Virus record (IMG/VR): IMGVR_UViG_3300025141_000048
DNA length: 64,000 nt
Source: a virus
Reading direction: 5' to 3' (one strand)
The number at the start of each line of letters is the position of its first letter. The first letter of the stretch is position 1. Shown here in pieces: positions 1 to 8,794 of this stretch. The translations under genes were made by a program, and so were the position numbers. Under the pieces are notes generated by a model, which saw only the letters and a list, made by a program, of their open reading frames with translations, had not been told where the DNA came from and searched no databases.

Positions 1-2
1 GA

Positions 3-215
3 GAAAAGAACATCATTGCCGATGCTCTTTCTCGCAAGGCATTGAAAGGCATACCCGAATACGTCAACCGTAACAAGGTCGATGATGCAGAACTGTTTGA
101 GGGACTGGAGCCTATAGAGTGTCTGCGTCTGTCCGTCAGCAGAGGACGAATGAAGAACAAAGACAAGATGCTTGAATGGATTGAGCAGATTGGCAAACAG
201 CTAAAAACGGCTTGA
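3..215 (+). CDS. C-terminal end of a probable RNase HI-family protein (truncated by window edge)
   Basis: Manual translation EKNIIADALSRKAL...KTA*; NxxADALS is the RNase HI C-terminal motif. Confidence 0.5.
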   Translation, partial: EKNIIADALSRKALKGIPEYVNRNKVDDAELFEGLEPIECLRLSVSRGRMKNKDKMLEWIEQIGKQLKTA

Positions 216-324
216 GATTTCCATATATGCGAAAATTAGGCATCGAATTCTCAAGTACGAAGTCAGATTTAGAGTAAGGTATTAGTAGCCAGTTTCCTAT
301 TTCTAACAAAGGAGAAGCAAACAA

Positions 325-1239
325 ATGGAAACTCTGACCAGTTCGTTGACGCAGGTGTTGTATTCAGTCCCGTACTTCGCAGTCCTCTTGGGTATCCTCT
401 GGGTTGCGAAGCTCGCCTACGACGCAATTACTCCCTTTAAGTTCAAGGAGCAATTGGTGGGCGATGATGCCAAACCGGCGAACCCGGCTTTCGGAACGCA
501 CTATGCGCTCTGGATGATCGGTCTCGCCATCGCTCTGTCCGGAGCCTTATATGGATCGCTTGGCTCTGCGACCGGTGACGTAGCTGATCTGCAAGCCGAT
601 ATGGTCAACATCGGAGTCTACGGCTTCGAATGTTTGATCCTCGTTTGGCTTTCGATCCTCGTCAATGACAAGTTCATTCTCAAGAACTTCAAGATTGAGA
701 AGGAACTGATCGAAGACCGTAATGTGGGTACAGCGTTTGTAACTGGCGGAGCAGCCGTTGCAACGGGTCTCATGTTGAACGGGGCATTGAATGGCGAATC
801 TAGCAGCATGGTACGAGGCGTCGTAGACTTGGGAGTCTATTGGGTTGTCGGTCAAGCCATTCTCGTTGCCGCTGGTCTCGTCTTCCAGAAGATTACGTCC
901 TACGACATTCACCACGAACTCGAAGAACGAGACAATCCGGCTGTTGGTCTGTCGTTTGGTGGGTTCCTCGTTGCGACGGGTTTGATTACCCGAACGTCGC
1001 TCGTTGGGGCATCTTCTGAACTGTTGCCGGAACTGATTACTACGCTCTGCATTGGCGCAGCGGGTTTGGTTCTGCTCGGTCTTTCCAACAAGGTCTGCGA
1101 TCTCCTGTTCCTTCCTTCCGTTAAGTTGGATCAGGCACTCTCAGAAAAGAAAAACATGTCGGCAGCGGCAGTATCGGCGGCGATCTCGATCTCCGTTGGT
1201 ATATGCTTTGCCTTCGCAATTGCCGCATCGGCGGTATAA
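325..1239 (+). CDS. Tandem DUF350-like multi-pass membrane protein
   Basis: About 8 TM helices; two halves ending EKELIEDRNVGTAF and HHELEERDNPAVGL, typical of DUF350; SD AGGAG. Confidence 0.75.
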   Translation: METLTSSLTQVLYSVPYFAVLLGILWVAKLAYDAITPFKFKEQLVGDDAKPANPAFGTHYALWMIGLAIALSGALYGSLGSATGDVADLQADMVNIGVYGFECLILVWLSILVNDKFILKNFKIEKELIEDRNVGTAFVTGGAAVATGLMLNGALNGESSSMVRGVVDLGVYWVVGQAILVAAGLVFQKITSYDIHHELEERDNPAVGLSFGGFLVATGLITRTSLVGASSELLPELITTLCIGAAGLVLLGLSNKVCDLLFLPSVKLDQALSEKKNMSAAAVSAAISISVGICFAFAIAASAV

Positions 1240-1277
1240 CTAGATTCATCTTTGAAAAACGAAAGAAAGAAAGTAAG

Positions 1278-2000
1278 ATGAAAAAGCAAAAGACAAGTTT
1301 ACTTCGACGCATCCTGATTGTCGCTGTTGCGGCAATGGCATGCTTGGCCTTCTCCGTCGAGGATTCGTTCGCCAGAGGCAGCGGCGGAGGCGGTTTTCGT
1401 TCTTCGTCGTCCAGCTTCCGAAGCAGCAGCAGAAGTAGCAGTCGTTCCAGCGGTTGGGGCAGTCGTAAGGCAACTACTTCCACGAACCGTAAAGCTTCTA
1501 CGCCCAAACGTGCGGCAGCTAAGCCCAAACGGTCGGCGGCAGATACGGCTCAACAGGCAAAGGCTCAGAAAGCCGGAACCAAGTTCCAGAGTCGAGACAA
1601 AGCTGTTTCCGATTGGAAGACGAAGAATGCTGCCAAGTACAAGCAGACTCCGACTCCCGGCGCAGCGGCTCCGTCTACTCGACCTTCGCACATTCCGCAA
1701 ACTACGTCAGTTGGAGGTAAGAATGTCAACGTTACCTACAACGTCAATCAAGGCGGATATGGATACATGAACGCTCTCGGCACGTTTATGCTTTACGATG
1801 CGATTACTGATGCCGCATTTATGAACTCTCGCATGCGGTCGTCTGGTTACTATTACCCAGGAATGTATCCGTCCGTTGCCGCTCATGCTCCGCCTGTTGT
1901 GGTTCATCGGTCCAGCGGATTCGGTACGTTCTTCATCATCTGTTTGCTCGTCGTTGGCTTCATCGTTGTTCTCGCCATCGGCGGCGCAATCTTTCGATAA
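1278..2000 (+). CDS. Exported Ser/Gly/Lys-rich protein with C-terminal membrane anchor
   Basis: Signal peptide, RGSGGGGFRSSSSS low-complexity tract, C-terminal TM helix; ATG at 1278. Confidence 0.65.
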   Translation: MKKQKTSLLRRILIVAVAAMACLAFSVEDSFARGSGGGGFRSSSSSFRSSSRSSSRSSGWGSRKATTSTNRKASTPKRAAAKPKRSAADTAQQAKAQKAGTKFQSRDKAVSDWKTKNAAKYKQTPTPGAAAPSTRPSHIPQTTSVGGKNVNVTYNVNQGGYGYMNALGTFMLYDAITDAAFMNSRMRSSGYYYPGMYPSVAAHAPPVVVHRSSGFGTFFIICLLVVGFIVVLAIGGAIFR

Positions 2001-2012
2001 AGGTTCAAAGTC

Positions 2013-2702
2013 ATGAACGCACTCGACGACAAAACCAAAGCAAGTTATTGGCGACAGTTGATCACCAATGGCATAACTGGGGTCGTGGTCACGCTCAAGG
2101 ATGAGCAGACGATTGCAGATGTTTTGCAAGATCAAGGGATGATTGCCAGCGAAGGCATCGATCTGAAAGCCAAACGCACTTACCATATCAAGGAGTCTGA
2201 TGGTATATGCGAATGGATTCTGGTCTCGCTTGAGCATAGCGAACCCTTGTACGTTCTGGTCAAAATCGTGGACGAAGAAACGTTCGATGTGCGTATCTGC
2301 TTTGAACCCGATGATTGGGAACACGGAACCCGCTTTGACGCTATCGATAATGGGGCTCATTGGTTGTTCAATGAGCCGAACGATCCTGATGATTTCATTC
2401 CAAGTGAATTGGAATGGAATAAGGGCATCGAACAGGAAGTCGATGGCGTACCCATTGTCTATGCCGTCAAGGCGGGGCTCCCTCTTTATGGAGAGCTTCA
2501 GGAGTATCCTGACGAAAGCAATCCTTTGTTTGCCCAAGTCTGTGAATGGCAAGCGGAACAGGCTGTCGCCAATCCCGAACTGCTGATCATTGAAATGGGC
2601 GGTCTTGATGAAGATGATGAAACTGTCCCCGATGGCGGTTACCTCATGTTCCTTCAAGGCGAAAACGTCAGTCCCAATGACGTTGACCTTTTCATTCAGT
2701 AA
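2013..2702 (+). CDS. Acidic protein, DUF4178-like
   Basis: 229 aa, very acidic, WILVSLEH and WLF...ELEW segments; operon context with DUF350 and PspA. Confidence 0.5.
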   Translation: MNALDDKTKASYWRQLITNGITGVVVTLKDEQTIADVLQDQGMIASEGIDLKAKRTYHIKESDGICEWILVSLEHSEPLYVLVKIVDEETFDVRICFEPDDWEHGTRFDAIDNGAHWLFNEPNDPDDFIPSELEWNKGIEQEVDGVPIVYAVKAGLPLYGELQEYPDESNPLFAQVCEWQAEQAVANPELLIIEMGGLDEDDETVPDGGYLMFLQGENVSPNDVDLFIQ

Positions 2703-2727
2703 ACCACTTACCTTAGGAGACTCAGAT

Positions 2728-3186
2728 ATGAGTGCGAAACTTTCGACCTTGGCCGACATTCATGCGGCCCTCACCGAACAGGGAAAAACTGTTGAACTTC
2801 TCGATGGCAGCGTGGCTGTCGCAATGGGAAGCAGTAGTCATCCCATAGTTTCCGTCCTTACCATTGAGGACGAAAATCTCGTCATTACCTGCCAACTGGC
2901 AAAGTTTGGCGAGATCCCGGAAGACAACTTGGCAGCGTTTGCTCTCGCAGCACTCGACGCCAACACTCGCATCCATCCGTACAGCGTTGGCTACTTGAGC
3001 GATACGGACGGACAGGAAGGTTCCGAAGACGAGTGGCCCATCGTTTTGATCAACAGCGTTCCCCTTGGCGATCTGTCGAACGAAGAACTCGATTCGGCAA
3101 TGGAAAGCCTGCTCGCTGCGATCACTGGCGTTACGGATGTCATTCGAATCGGCATTGAAGGAATCAAAGAACCCTGTGCAGCCTGA
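2728..3186 (+). CDS. YbjN/CesT-like (T3SS chaperone fold) protein
   Basis: 152 aa acidic alpha/beta, LVITCQLAKFGEIP...ALDANTRI; directly upstream of pspA; SD AGGAG. Confidence 0.5.
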   Translation: MSAKLSTLADIHAALTEQGKTVELLDGSVAVAMGSSSHPIVSVLTIEDENLVITCQLAKFGEIPEDNLAAFALAALDANTRIHPYSVGYLSDTDGQEGSEDEWPIVLINSVPLGDLSNEELDSAMESLLAAITGVTDVIRIGIEGIKEPCAA

Positions 3187-3262
3187 TGGTGGCTTCTGTT
3201 CGTTGAGTACCAATGAATAGAATAGGTTCGAACAAACAACAAACCTGAACAGGAGAAAAACC

Positions 3263-3925
3263 ATGGGTTTGCTCAAGACAATCAAAAACGTTTTCAGGGA
3301 AAAGGCCGAACAAGCCGACAAGGCTCTGGCCGATCCGATCCGTGATGGTAAGTTTGCCATCGAGGATAGCAAGAAACAGATCGCTGAAATGCGCCGGGCT
3401 CTCGCCCAGTTCATGGCGACGAACAAAAAGATGGAAGGCGATCAAGCAGCGGCGAAAGCCGAAGTTGCTAAGTGGCAGAACATCGCTGTCGCAGCGGCCA
3501 AGGATGGCAATGAAGATGCGGCTCGCACGGCTTTGGAAAACAAGGGCCGCAACAAGGATGCCGCTGACAAACTGAAACAGGACATCGAACGCAACAATCG
3601 TGAGATCGAAAAGATCAAGAAACAGATCGATGTTGCGACTCGAAAGATTGCCGATGCGGACAGCAAACATTCGCAGCTTGCCGCCCGAAAGAAAGCGGCA
3701 GACGTTCGAGCCCAACTGTCGGCGGCATCGTCCAAGTTCAGTACCGATGGAGGTGCCTTGGCATCGCTTGACGATTTCGAGAACGAAGTCGAAGCCAAGG
3801 AAAACGAAATCGACGCCATGGAAGAACTCGATGGCGGCGGCGATGAAGACCTTGTCGAACAGTATGGAAAAGGTGCTGGTAAGGTAGATGATGAACTGGC
3901 GGCTTTGATGGCCAAGAGTGGCTGA
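3263..3925 (+). CDS. pspA: PspA/IM30 family phage-shock protein
   Basis: MGLLKTIKNVF...ALADPIRD...; all-helical 220 aa, EDAARTALENK, C-terminal VDDELAALMAK. Confidence 0.9.
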   Translation: MGLLKTIKNVFREKAEQADKALADPIRDGKFAIEDSKKQIAEMRRALAQFMATNKKMEGDQAAAKAEVAKWQNIAVAAAKDGNEDAARTALENKGRNKDAADKLKQDIERNNREIEKIKKQIDVATRKIADADSKHSQLAARKKAADVRAQLSAASSKFSTDGGALASLDDFENEVEAKENEIDAMEELDGGGDEDLVEQYGKGAGKVDDELAALMAKSG

Positions 3926-4010
3926 TGGCCGAAGCGTACCCAAGTAGGGCGGGGGATAAACTTCGGCTTTCCCTCGCCCTCTTGTTTTATACCCAAGAAA
4001 GGGGTTAAGG

Positions 4011-5072
4011 ATGAACTCCCTCGCCCTTTTATTTGTAGCCATTGTTTTTGCGGCCTCTCCTGCCCCGGAAACGCCTTCTGTGACGGTTGGTATCCATCCA
4101 TTTACGCCTTGCGTTATGGTAGGGGCTGATGGGGAAGCAACGGGCTTCGATATTGATATCCTCAACGATTCTATGAAACGTGCTGGAATCGATTACCAGA
4201 CCCGTTCATACGAAACCGTTACCGATCTATTGAACGCTCTTCGCACCGGAGAGATCGATGCGGCAATGGCTGGCTTGTCCATTACATCCAAGCGGGAAAG
4301 AGAGTTTGACTTTACCCAACCCTACTACAAATCAGGATTAAAGATTCTGATTAGCGAGAACGGGGCGACATACAGCTTTTGGAAATTCAAGTATGCTCGC
4401 AACGTCATTAAGGCATTGATCAATCCTGCCGTTGTTGAACCCTTTCTTTGCATGGGGGCATTGATCATTGGATTTGCTTTCCTCATGTGGATGTGTGAAA
4501 AAGGGTCAGATTCAATCAACGATAAATTCTTCCCTGGTATTTTTGAAGCCATCTACTATTCAGTCGTTACCAGTTCGACGGTTGGTTACGGCGACATTAC
4601 TCCCAAGAAATGGGTTGGACGATTCATGGCGGTCTGTTTGATCTTTCTTGGTATCGTCATGTTCGCCAATGCTACCGGCGTATTGAGCGTTGAATACAAT
4701 CAGGACATGCTCGATTTCAAAATCACCGGTCCCCAGGATTTGAAAGATGAGATCGTTTCTACGAAGCAAGGTACTACTTCAATGGATGCGGTCAAGAAAT
4801 GGGAAGCATTGGTTCAGCCGGTTGACGACATCGAAAGGGCATTGGATCTTCTTGAAGCGGGCAAGGTTGCGGCAGTTGTTTTTGATGCTCCAGTCATTGA
4901 TTGGGCATCCAAACAAAGAAGCAGCGTCATCTCCGTTCCGGGGTTGTATGAGCCTCAGAATTATGGTATCGTATTGTCAGAAGGCAGCAGTATGAAAGAG
5001 CCTTTGGACAAAGCTATTTTGTCAATGCAAGAAGATGGAACTTGGAGTAGGATTCATGACCGTTGGTTCTAG
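4011..5072 (+). CDS. GluR0-like ligand-gated K+ channel (split amino-acid binding domain + pore)
   Basis: Signal peptide, PBP type 2 segments (GFDIDIL...SITSKRE...FTQPY; PQNYGIVL), TM-pore-TM with filter TVGYGD. Confidence 0.85.
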   Translation: MNSLALLFVAIVFAASPAPETPSVTVGIHPFTPCVMVGADGEATGFDIDILNDSMKRAGIDYQTRSYETVTDLLNALRTGEIDAAMAGLSITSKREREFDFTQPYYKSGLKILISENGATYSFWKFKYARNVIKALINPAVVEPFLCMGALIIGFAFLMWMCEKGSDSINDKFFPGIFEAIYYSVVTSSTVGYGDITPKKWVGRFMAVCLIFLGIVMFANATGVLSVEYNQDMLDFKITGPQDLKDEIVSTKQGTTSMDAVKKWEALVQPVDDIERALDLLEAGKVAAVVFDAPVIDWASKQRSSVISVPGLYEPQNYGIVLSEGSSMKEPLDKAILSMQEDGTWSRIHDRWF

Positions 5073-5242
5073 ACAAACTGAATGGAGTGAACAATGGATC
5101 CTGAACTGACGTTAGAGCATTACAACCAAAGGGCTGTCATGTTTTATCAGGTCAGCGACAATGTTCAGATCAGGAAACGAGATGATGAATCTTTGGAAAC
5201 GTCCTTCGAACAGGGGGGCGGATTCAGGATGATCTGTAATTT

Positions 5243-5271
5243 CTCCATAGCCGAATATTTCTTGATATAAT
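5243..5271 (+). promoter_or_regulatory. CCATAG-class promoter 1/28
   Basis: CTCCATAG-CCGAATATTTCT-TGATATAAT. Confidence 0.8.
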
Positions 5272-5277
5272 GTCTCA

Positions 5278-5913
5278 ATGCCTAAATACCATGACAATGA
5301 GATCAAATTCGAGGCTCGACAAAGAAACGTAGACATCTTTCGAAAGCTGACTGGTCTTTATCCCATTCCTATTGGGCGTCAATACTGGACGCTCTGCAAT
5401 GAACAACCTAAAGGACCCGGTTCTGAGATTGTCCAATTGATTGATTTGGGGCTGTTGACTGTCGATCAATTCCATGGCGTTGACAAAGACGTTAACAAGC
5501 ATGGTAAAGAGAGCGGCATCATTAGACGTAATAGAAAATGGCATCCTAATGCCCATTGGTATCGTGGCGATTGGATAGCAACCATCAAAGAACAAACGAT
5601 GCAGGGGAAATTCAAACCTGCAATGATTTATTTGGATACCACCAGCTTTGCTGATTATCATATCGCCAGCAACATGGTAGGGGCGACCATGATGCGATGC
5701 CCCTCTGGTACGGTACTTTTTGCCAACGTTATGCTCAATGATTCTCACAGCAGTAAAAGATTCGATGAAGAAGCCCTTGTTAGGAATTTAGGGGAACAAA
5801 TCCCTTCATTTGAATTGGACGAATGGGATACTGATGTTCAGACCTTTTCTTACAATGCTTCGGGATTCACAAATATGCTCACTCACGCATTCTTCAAAAG
5901 AGGTAAGTCATGA
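5278..5913 (+). CDS. Hypothetical protein, possibly Rossmann/methyltransferase-like
   Basis: 211 aa, FHGVDKD and MIYLDT strands; leaderless start after a CCATAG promoter. Confidence 0.5.
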   Translation: MPKYHDNEIKFEARQRNVDIFRKLTGLYPIPIGRQYWTLCNEQPKGPGSEIVQLIDLGLLTVDQFHGVDKDVNKHGKESGIIRRNRKWHPNAHWYRGDWIATIKEQTMQGKFKPAMIYLDTTSFADYHIASNMVGATMMRCPSGTVLFANVMLNDSHSSKRFDEEALVRNLGEQIPSFELDEWDTDVQTFSYNASGFTNMLTHAFFKRGKS

Positions 5914-7784
5914 AAGTACAGGCCCACAGTCCAAATGCTCGCAAAATCCAAGAGTTGATCGCTCTCAACCCTCCGTCTGTAATTAAGTTGGGGGCAGAGG
6001 ATCGTAAGTGGCAACCCAAGGCTTATGAGAAATGCAAAGATAGCAGATTCGCTTTTATTATTTCTCCCTGCGGAAGCGGCAAAACACCTGTATTGGTAAA
6101 TGTGGCTGTCTATGGTGTGGTCGAAAGCAAATATACTCAAAAGCAACTGGGGGTTGTCTCCCAGCAGCATTTGTCTGATGGGTTTAGTAATGGTGGCAAA
6201 TACATACAAGCAGAGGTGGAGGGGGAAACATATCAATGGGACATAAAAGAGAATAACTTTTGTGACCCCAATAGCAAGGATGTTCGCCGACGCTTCAAAC
6301 AATGGCTTATCACTCCTGGATATAAACTCGCCTTAGGTTTCAATGGTAAAGTCATATCTGGTCTTAATGCCATTGTCTCTCATCAAACACTTGGCATCGT
6401 ATGGGAACAACTTACTGCTAGTGAAAAGAAAAAGGCAATCAAAAAATTGACGCTGATTATAGACGAGGCCCACCATGTTAAAGGAATCTTTGAAAACACA
6501 GGCAACGGTATGACGGAAGAAGAAAAACAGGATGCCGAAGAGGCATCTAACAATTTAGGTAAAGTATGCCGCTACATCATCAATAGTCGATGTCGTACAT
6601 CTAAAATCCGTCTGGCCACTGCTACTCCATTTCGCACAGAAGGCATTATTATGTGCGACAAAGCGAAAGAAAAGTTTGACATCTTTTATACGGATTGGCT
6701 GGAGCATTGGCATTCATTGGGTATATCTGATTTTGAACTTTCCTATGGCGAATATCGCAATATGCGAGATATGATGCAGCAGATCTACGACAATATAATC
6801 GCTGATGGTCCTGGGCATTGGCATTACATCACGATGCCTCCGACAGGACAGAAGTGGAGAAAGACAGCAAAAGAGACCAAAATCTTCATTCGATTCTTTA
6901 AGAAGCATTTTCCAGGTTTAGTCTTGGACCTTGTGACTCCGTCAACTCAAAAGAGAAACAAAGACATTCTGCTCGATGAACCTAAGCGAGGAAATCCTGG
7001 AGACAAAGAATCGAAATTCAAGATCGTAATTACATGCATGCTTGGGAGAGAAGGTACAGATTGGTGTCCTTGCTCAAGGCTTCATAACACGGCATGCGAG
7101 AACAGTCTTAATTTGGCTACCCAAACTTTGGGACGAACTTTTAGACGTTTCTTTGGTAAGGACAACGTTCATGCTCGCTACTACGTTCCCGAATTCACTA
7201 AGCCTAAAAAAGGCATAACCAAGCGAGAACTCTTTTCGGACAGGACGAATGCCCTGTTGGTTTGCATGCAAGTAGATGAACATTTTCATCCCATCATTAT
7301 GCCTGCTATTCGGTCTAAAGACGATAGCAAGAAACGTGAGAAAAGCGAGTTAAGTATTTTGCTGGGAGAGAGCTATACGGACATTCGCCGAGAAATGATT
7401 GAAGAATGCGAGACGTTGGCTATTCAAGGTAACGCAACCGCCGACTATATCGATTTAGTGATCGATGATATCATCGGAAAGTACAAGATAACGGATCGTA
7501 TCTCTGATGTAAGAGATGGTTTGCGACTCATCTGGCTGAGAGCATTGAAGACAACAGGGGCGACTGTAGCCCCTAAGGATATGGGTATCGATGTAGCCTT
7601 TATTCGAAAGGCCGGATTTGACAAGATTATTGAAGAGCATGGTCTTAGTGGCAGAAGCCTGTTCTTTGCCGAATTTGACGAAAAGGATTGGGACAAGATC
7701 AAAAAGATCGTAAATGAGGGTATTAGTATATGGGATTTCGTCAAGGAATATAATCGAACATATCCATCAGAGGTTGTTTCGTGA
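5910..7784 (+). CDS. SF2 (DExH, Res-subunit-like) helicase
   Basis: Walker A SPCGSGKT, IIDEAHH, ATATP, motif VI QTLGRTFR. Confidence 0.85.
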   Translation: MKVQAHSPNARKIQELIALNPPSVIKLGAEDRKWQPKAYEKCKDSRFAFIISPCGSGKTPVLVNVAVYGVVESKYTQKQLGVVSQQHLSDGFSNGGKYIQAEVEGETYQWDIKENNFCDPNSKDVRRRFKQWLITPGYKLALGFNGKVISGLNAIVSHQTLGIVWEQLTASEKKKAIKKLTLIIDEAHHVKGIFENTGNGMTEEEKQDAEEASNNLGKVCRYIINSRCRTSKIRLATATPFRTEGIIMCDKAKEKFDIFYTDWLEHWHSLGISDFELSYGEYRNMRDMMQQIYDNIIADGPGHWHYITMPPTGQKWRKTAKETKIFIRFFKKHFPGLVLDLVTPSTQKRNKDILLDEPKRGNPGDKESKFKIVITCMLGREGTDWCPCSRLHNTACENSLNLATQTLGRTFRRFFGKDNVHARYYVPEFTKPKKGITKRELFSDRTNALLVCMQVDEHFHPIIMPAIRSKDDSKKREKSELSILLGESYTDIRREMIEECETLAIQGNATADYIDLVIDDIIGKYKITDRISDVRDGLRLIWLRALKTTGATVAPKDMGIDVAFIRKAGFDKIIEEHGLSGRSLFFAEFDEKDWDKIKKIVNEGISIWDFVKEYNRTYPSEVVS

Positions 7785-8794
7785 TTACTAAATCGCAATT
7801 ACATGCCAAGACAGGAACCTTGCGTAAGGCATATGCATCAGGTAGGTTGTCTAAGGTCTATATCAAGATCATCGAAGATGGGATACCTGGATGGCAGTGG
7901 GTGGTAGACCCTACTGCTGAAACCAAAGAATTGTTATTGCAATTGGCTAGATCTAACGAGAGCAAACCCTGTCAACCCACTGAATTAGGTCATCGCTTAA
8001 GTAGATATACCAATGAGAATAGCAACTGTTATGACCCTGTTTTCGATAAGGATATTAGATCTCTTAGGCCCGATTGGTTCATAAATACAGCCGACGAAAA
8101 GAGAAGTCAATTCTTACAAATTGCAAAAACGGGAGGGGCCAAACCCAAAGGGGCATTGGGTAGGAATTTGGCTTCTTATCTCAATGAGAATAGCGAGTGT
8201 TACAATGCAGAATTTGCCAAAGAGATCAAAACAGTTAGACCTGACTGGTTTGCAGATGTAGTAAGTGAAAACAAGAGTGATCTCTTATTAATGGCTGAAC
8301 GACAAGAGAAGCGTCCTCCTAAGGGGTCTCACCCTTTAGGCAAGGTTCTGATTCATTACACTAATCCATCTAGTAAATCTTATGATAAGGATTTTGATAA
8401 TAAAGTGCGTAAATTGGCTCCTCATTGGTTTACAAAATCTGCTGATGAAAGCAAAAAGAAGCTGTTAAAATTAGCACAAGATGGAAAGGAGAAACCCTTC
8501 TGGAAGTCTCGCTTAGGAATGCTGCTTAGAAACTACACTTGTGAGACCAGCAATTCCTATGATCCTGTCTTTGACAAACAGATTAGAAAACTCGCTCCGC
8601 ATTGGTTTGTCAAGACTATTGATAGAAAAAAACAACAACTTATCGAAATGGCTAAGAGAAAAGAGACCAGGCCGAATTATGATAACCATCCTCTAGGACG
8701 GGCTTTATCCAGATACACTAATAAAGGCTACAATACCTACGACCCTGTCTTCGACAAAAAGATCAGAGCATTGGCTCCGCATTGGTTCAGGTAA
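7781..8794 (+). CDS. Helical repeat protein with 5 x ~60 aa repeats (…LG..L..YT…YDPVFDK.IR.LAPHWF)
   Basis: Repeats visible in the translation; N-terminal half helicase-associated (HA)-like segment ending GIPGWQW; GTGA overlap with helicase. Confidence 0.75.
   Translation: MITKSQLHAKTGTLRKAYASGRLSKVYIKIIEDGIPGWQWVVDPTAETKELLLQLARSNESKPCQPTELGHRLSRYTNENSNCYDPVFDKDIRSLRPDWFINTADEKRSQFLQIAKTGGAKPKGALGRNLASYLNENSECYNAEFAKEIKTVRPDWFADVVSENKSDLLLMAERQEKRPPKGSHPLGKVLIHYTNPSSKSYDKDFDNKVRKLAPHWFTKSADESKKKLLKLAQDGKEKPFWKSRLGMLLRNYTCETSNSYDPVFDKQIRKLAPHWFVKTIDRKKQQLIEMAKRKETRPNYDNHPLGRALSRYTNKGYNTYDPVFDKKIRALAPHWFR

Noticed and set aside
1707-4165. Long minus-strand ORFs 1707..2759 and 3164..4165 (also 35558..36493, 55199..55933, 57209..58000, 59341..60096)
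   Set aside because: Antisense shadows of well-supported + strand genes in GC-rich stretches; no motifs or RBS.
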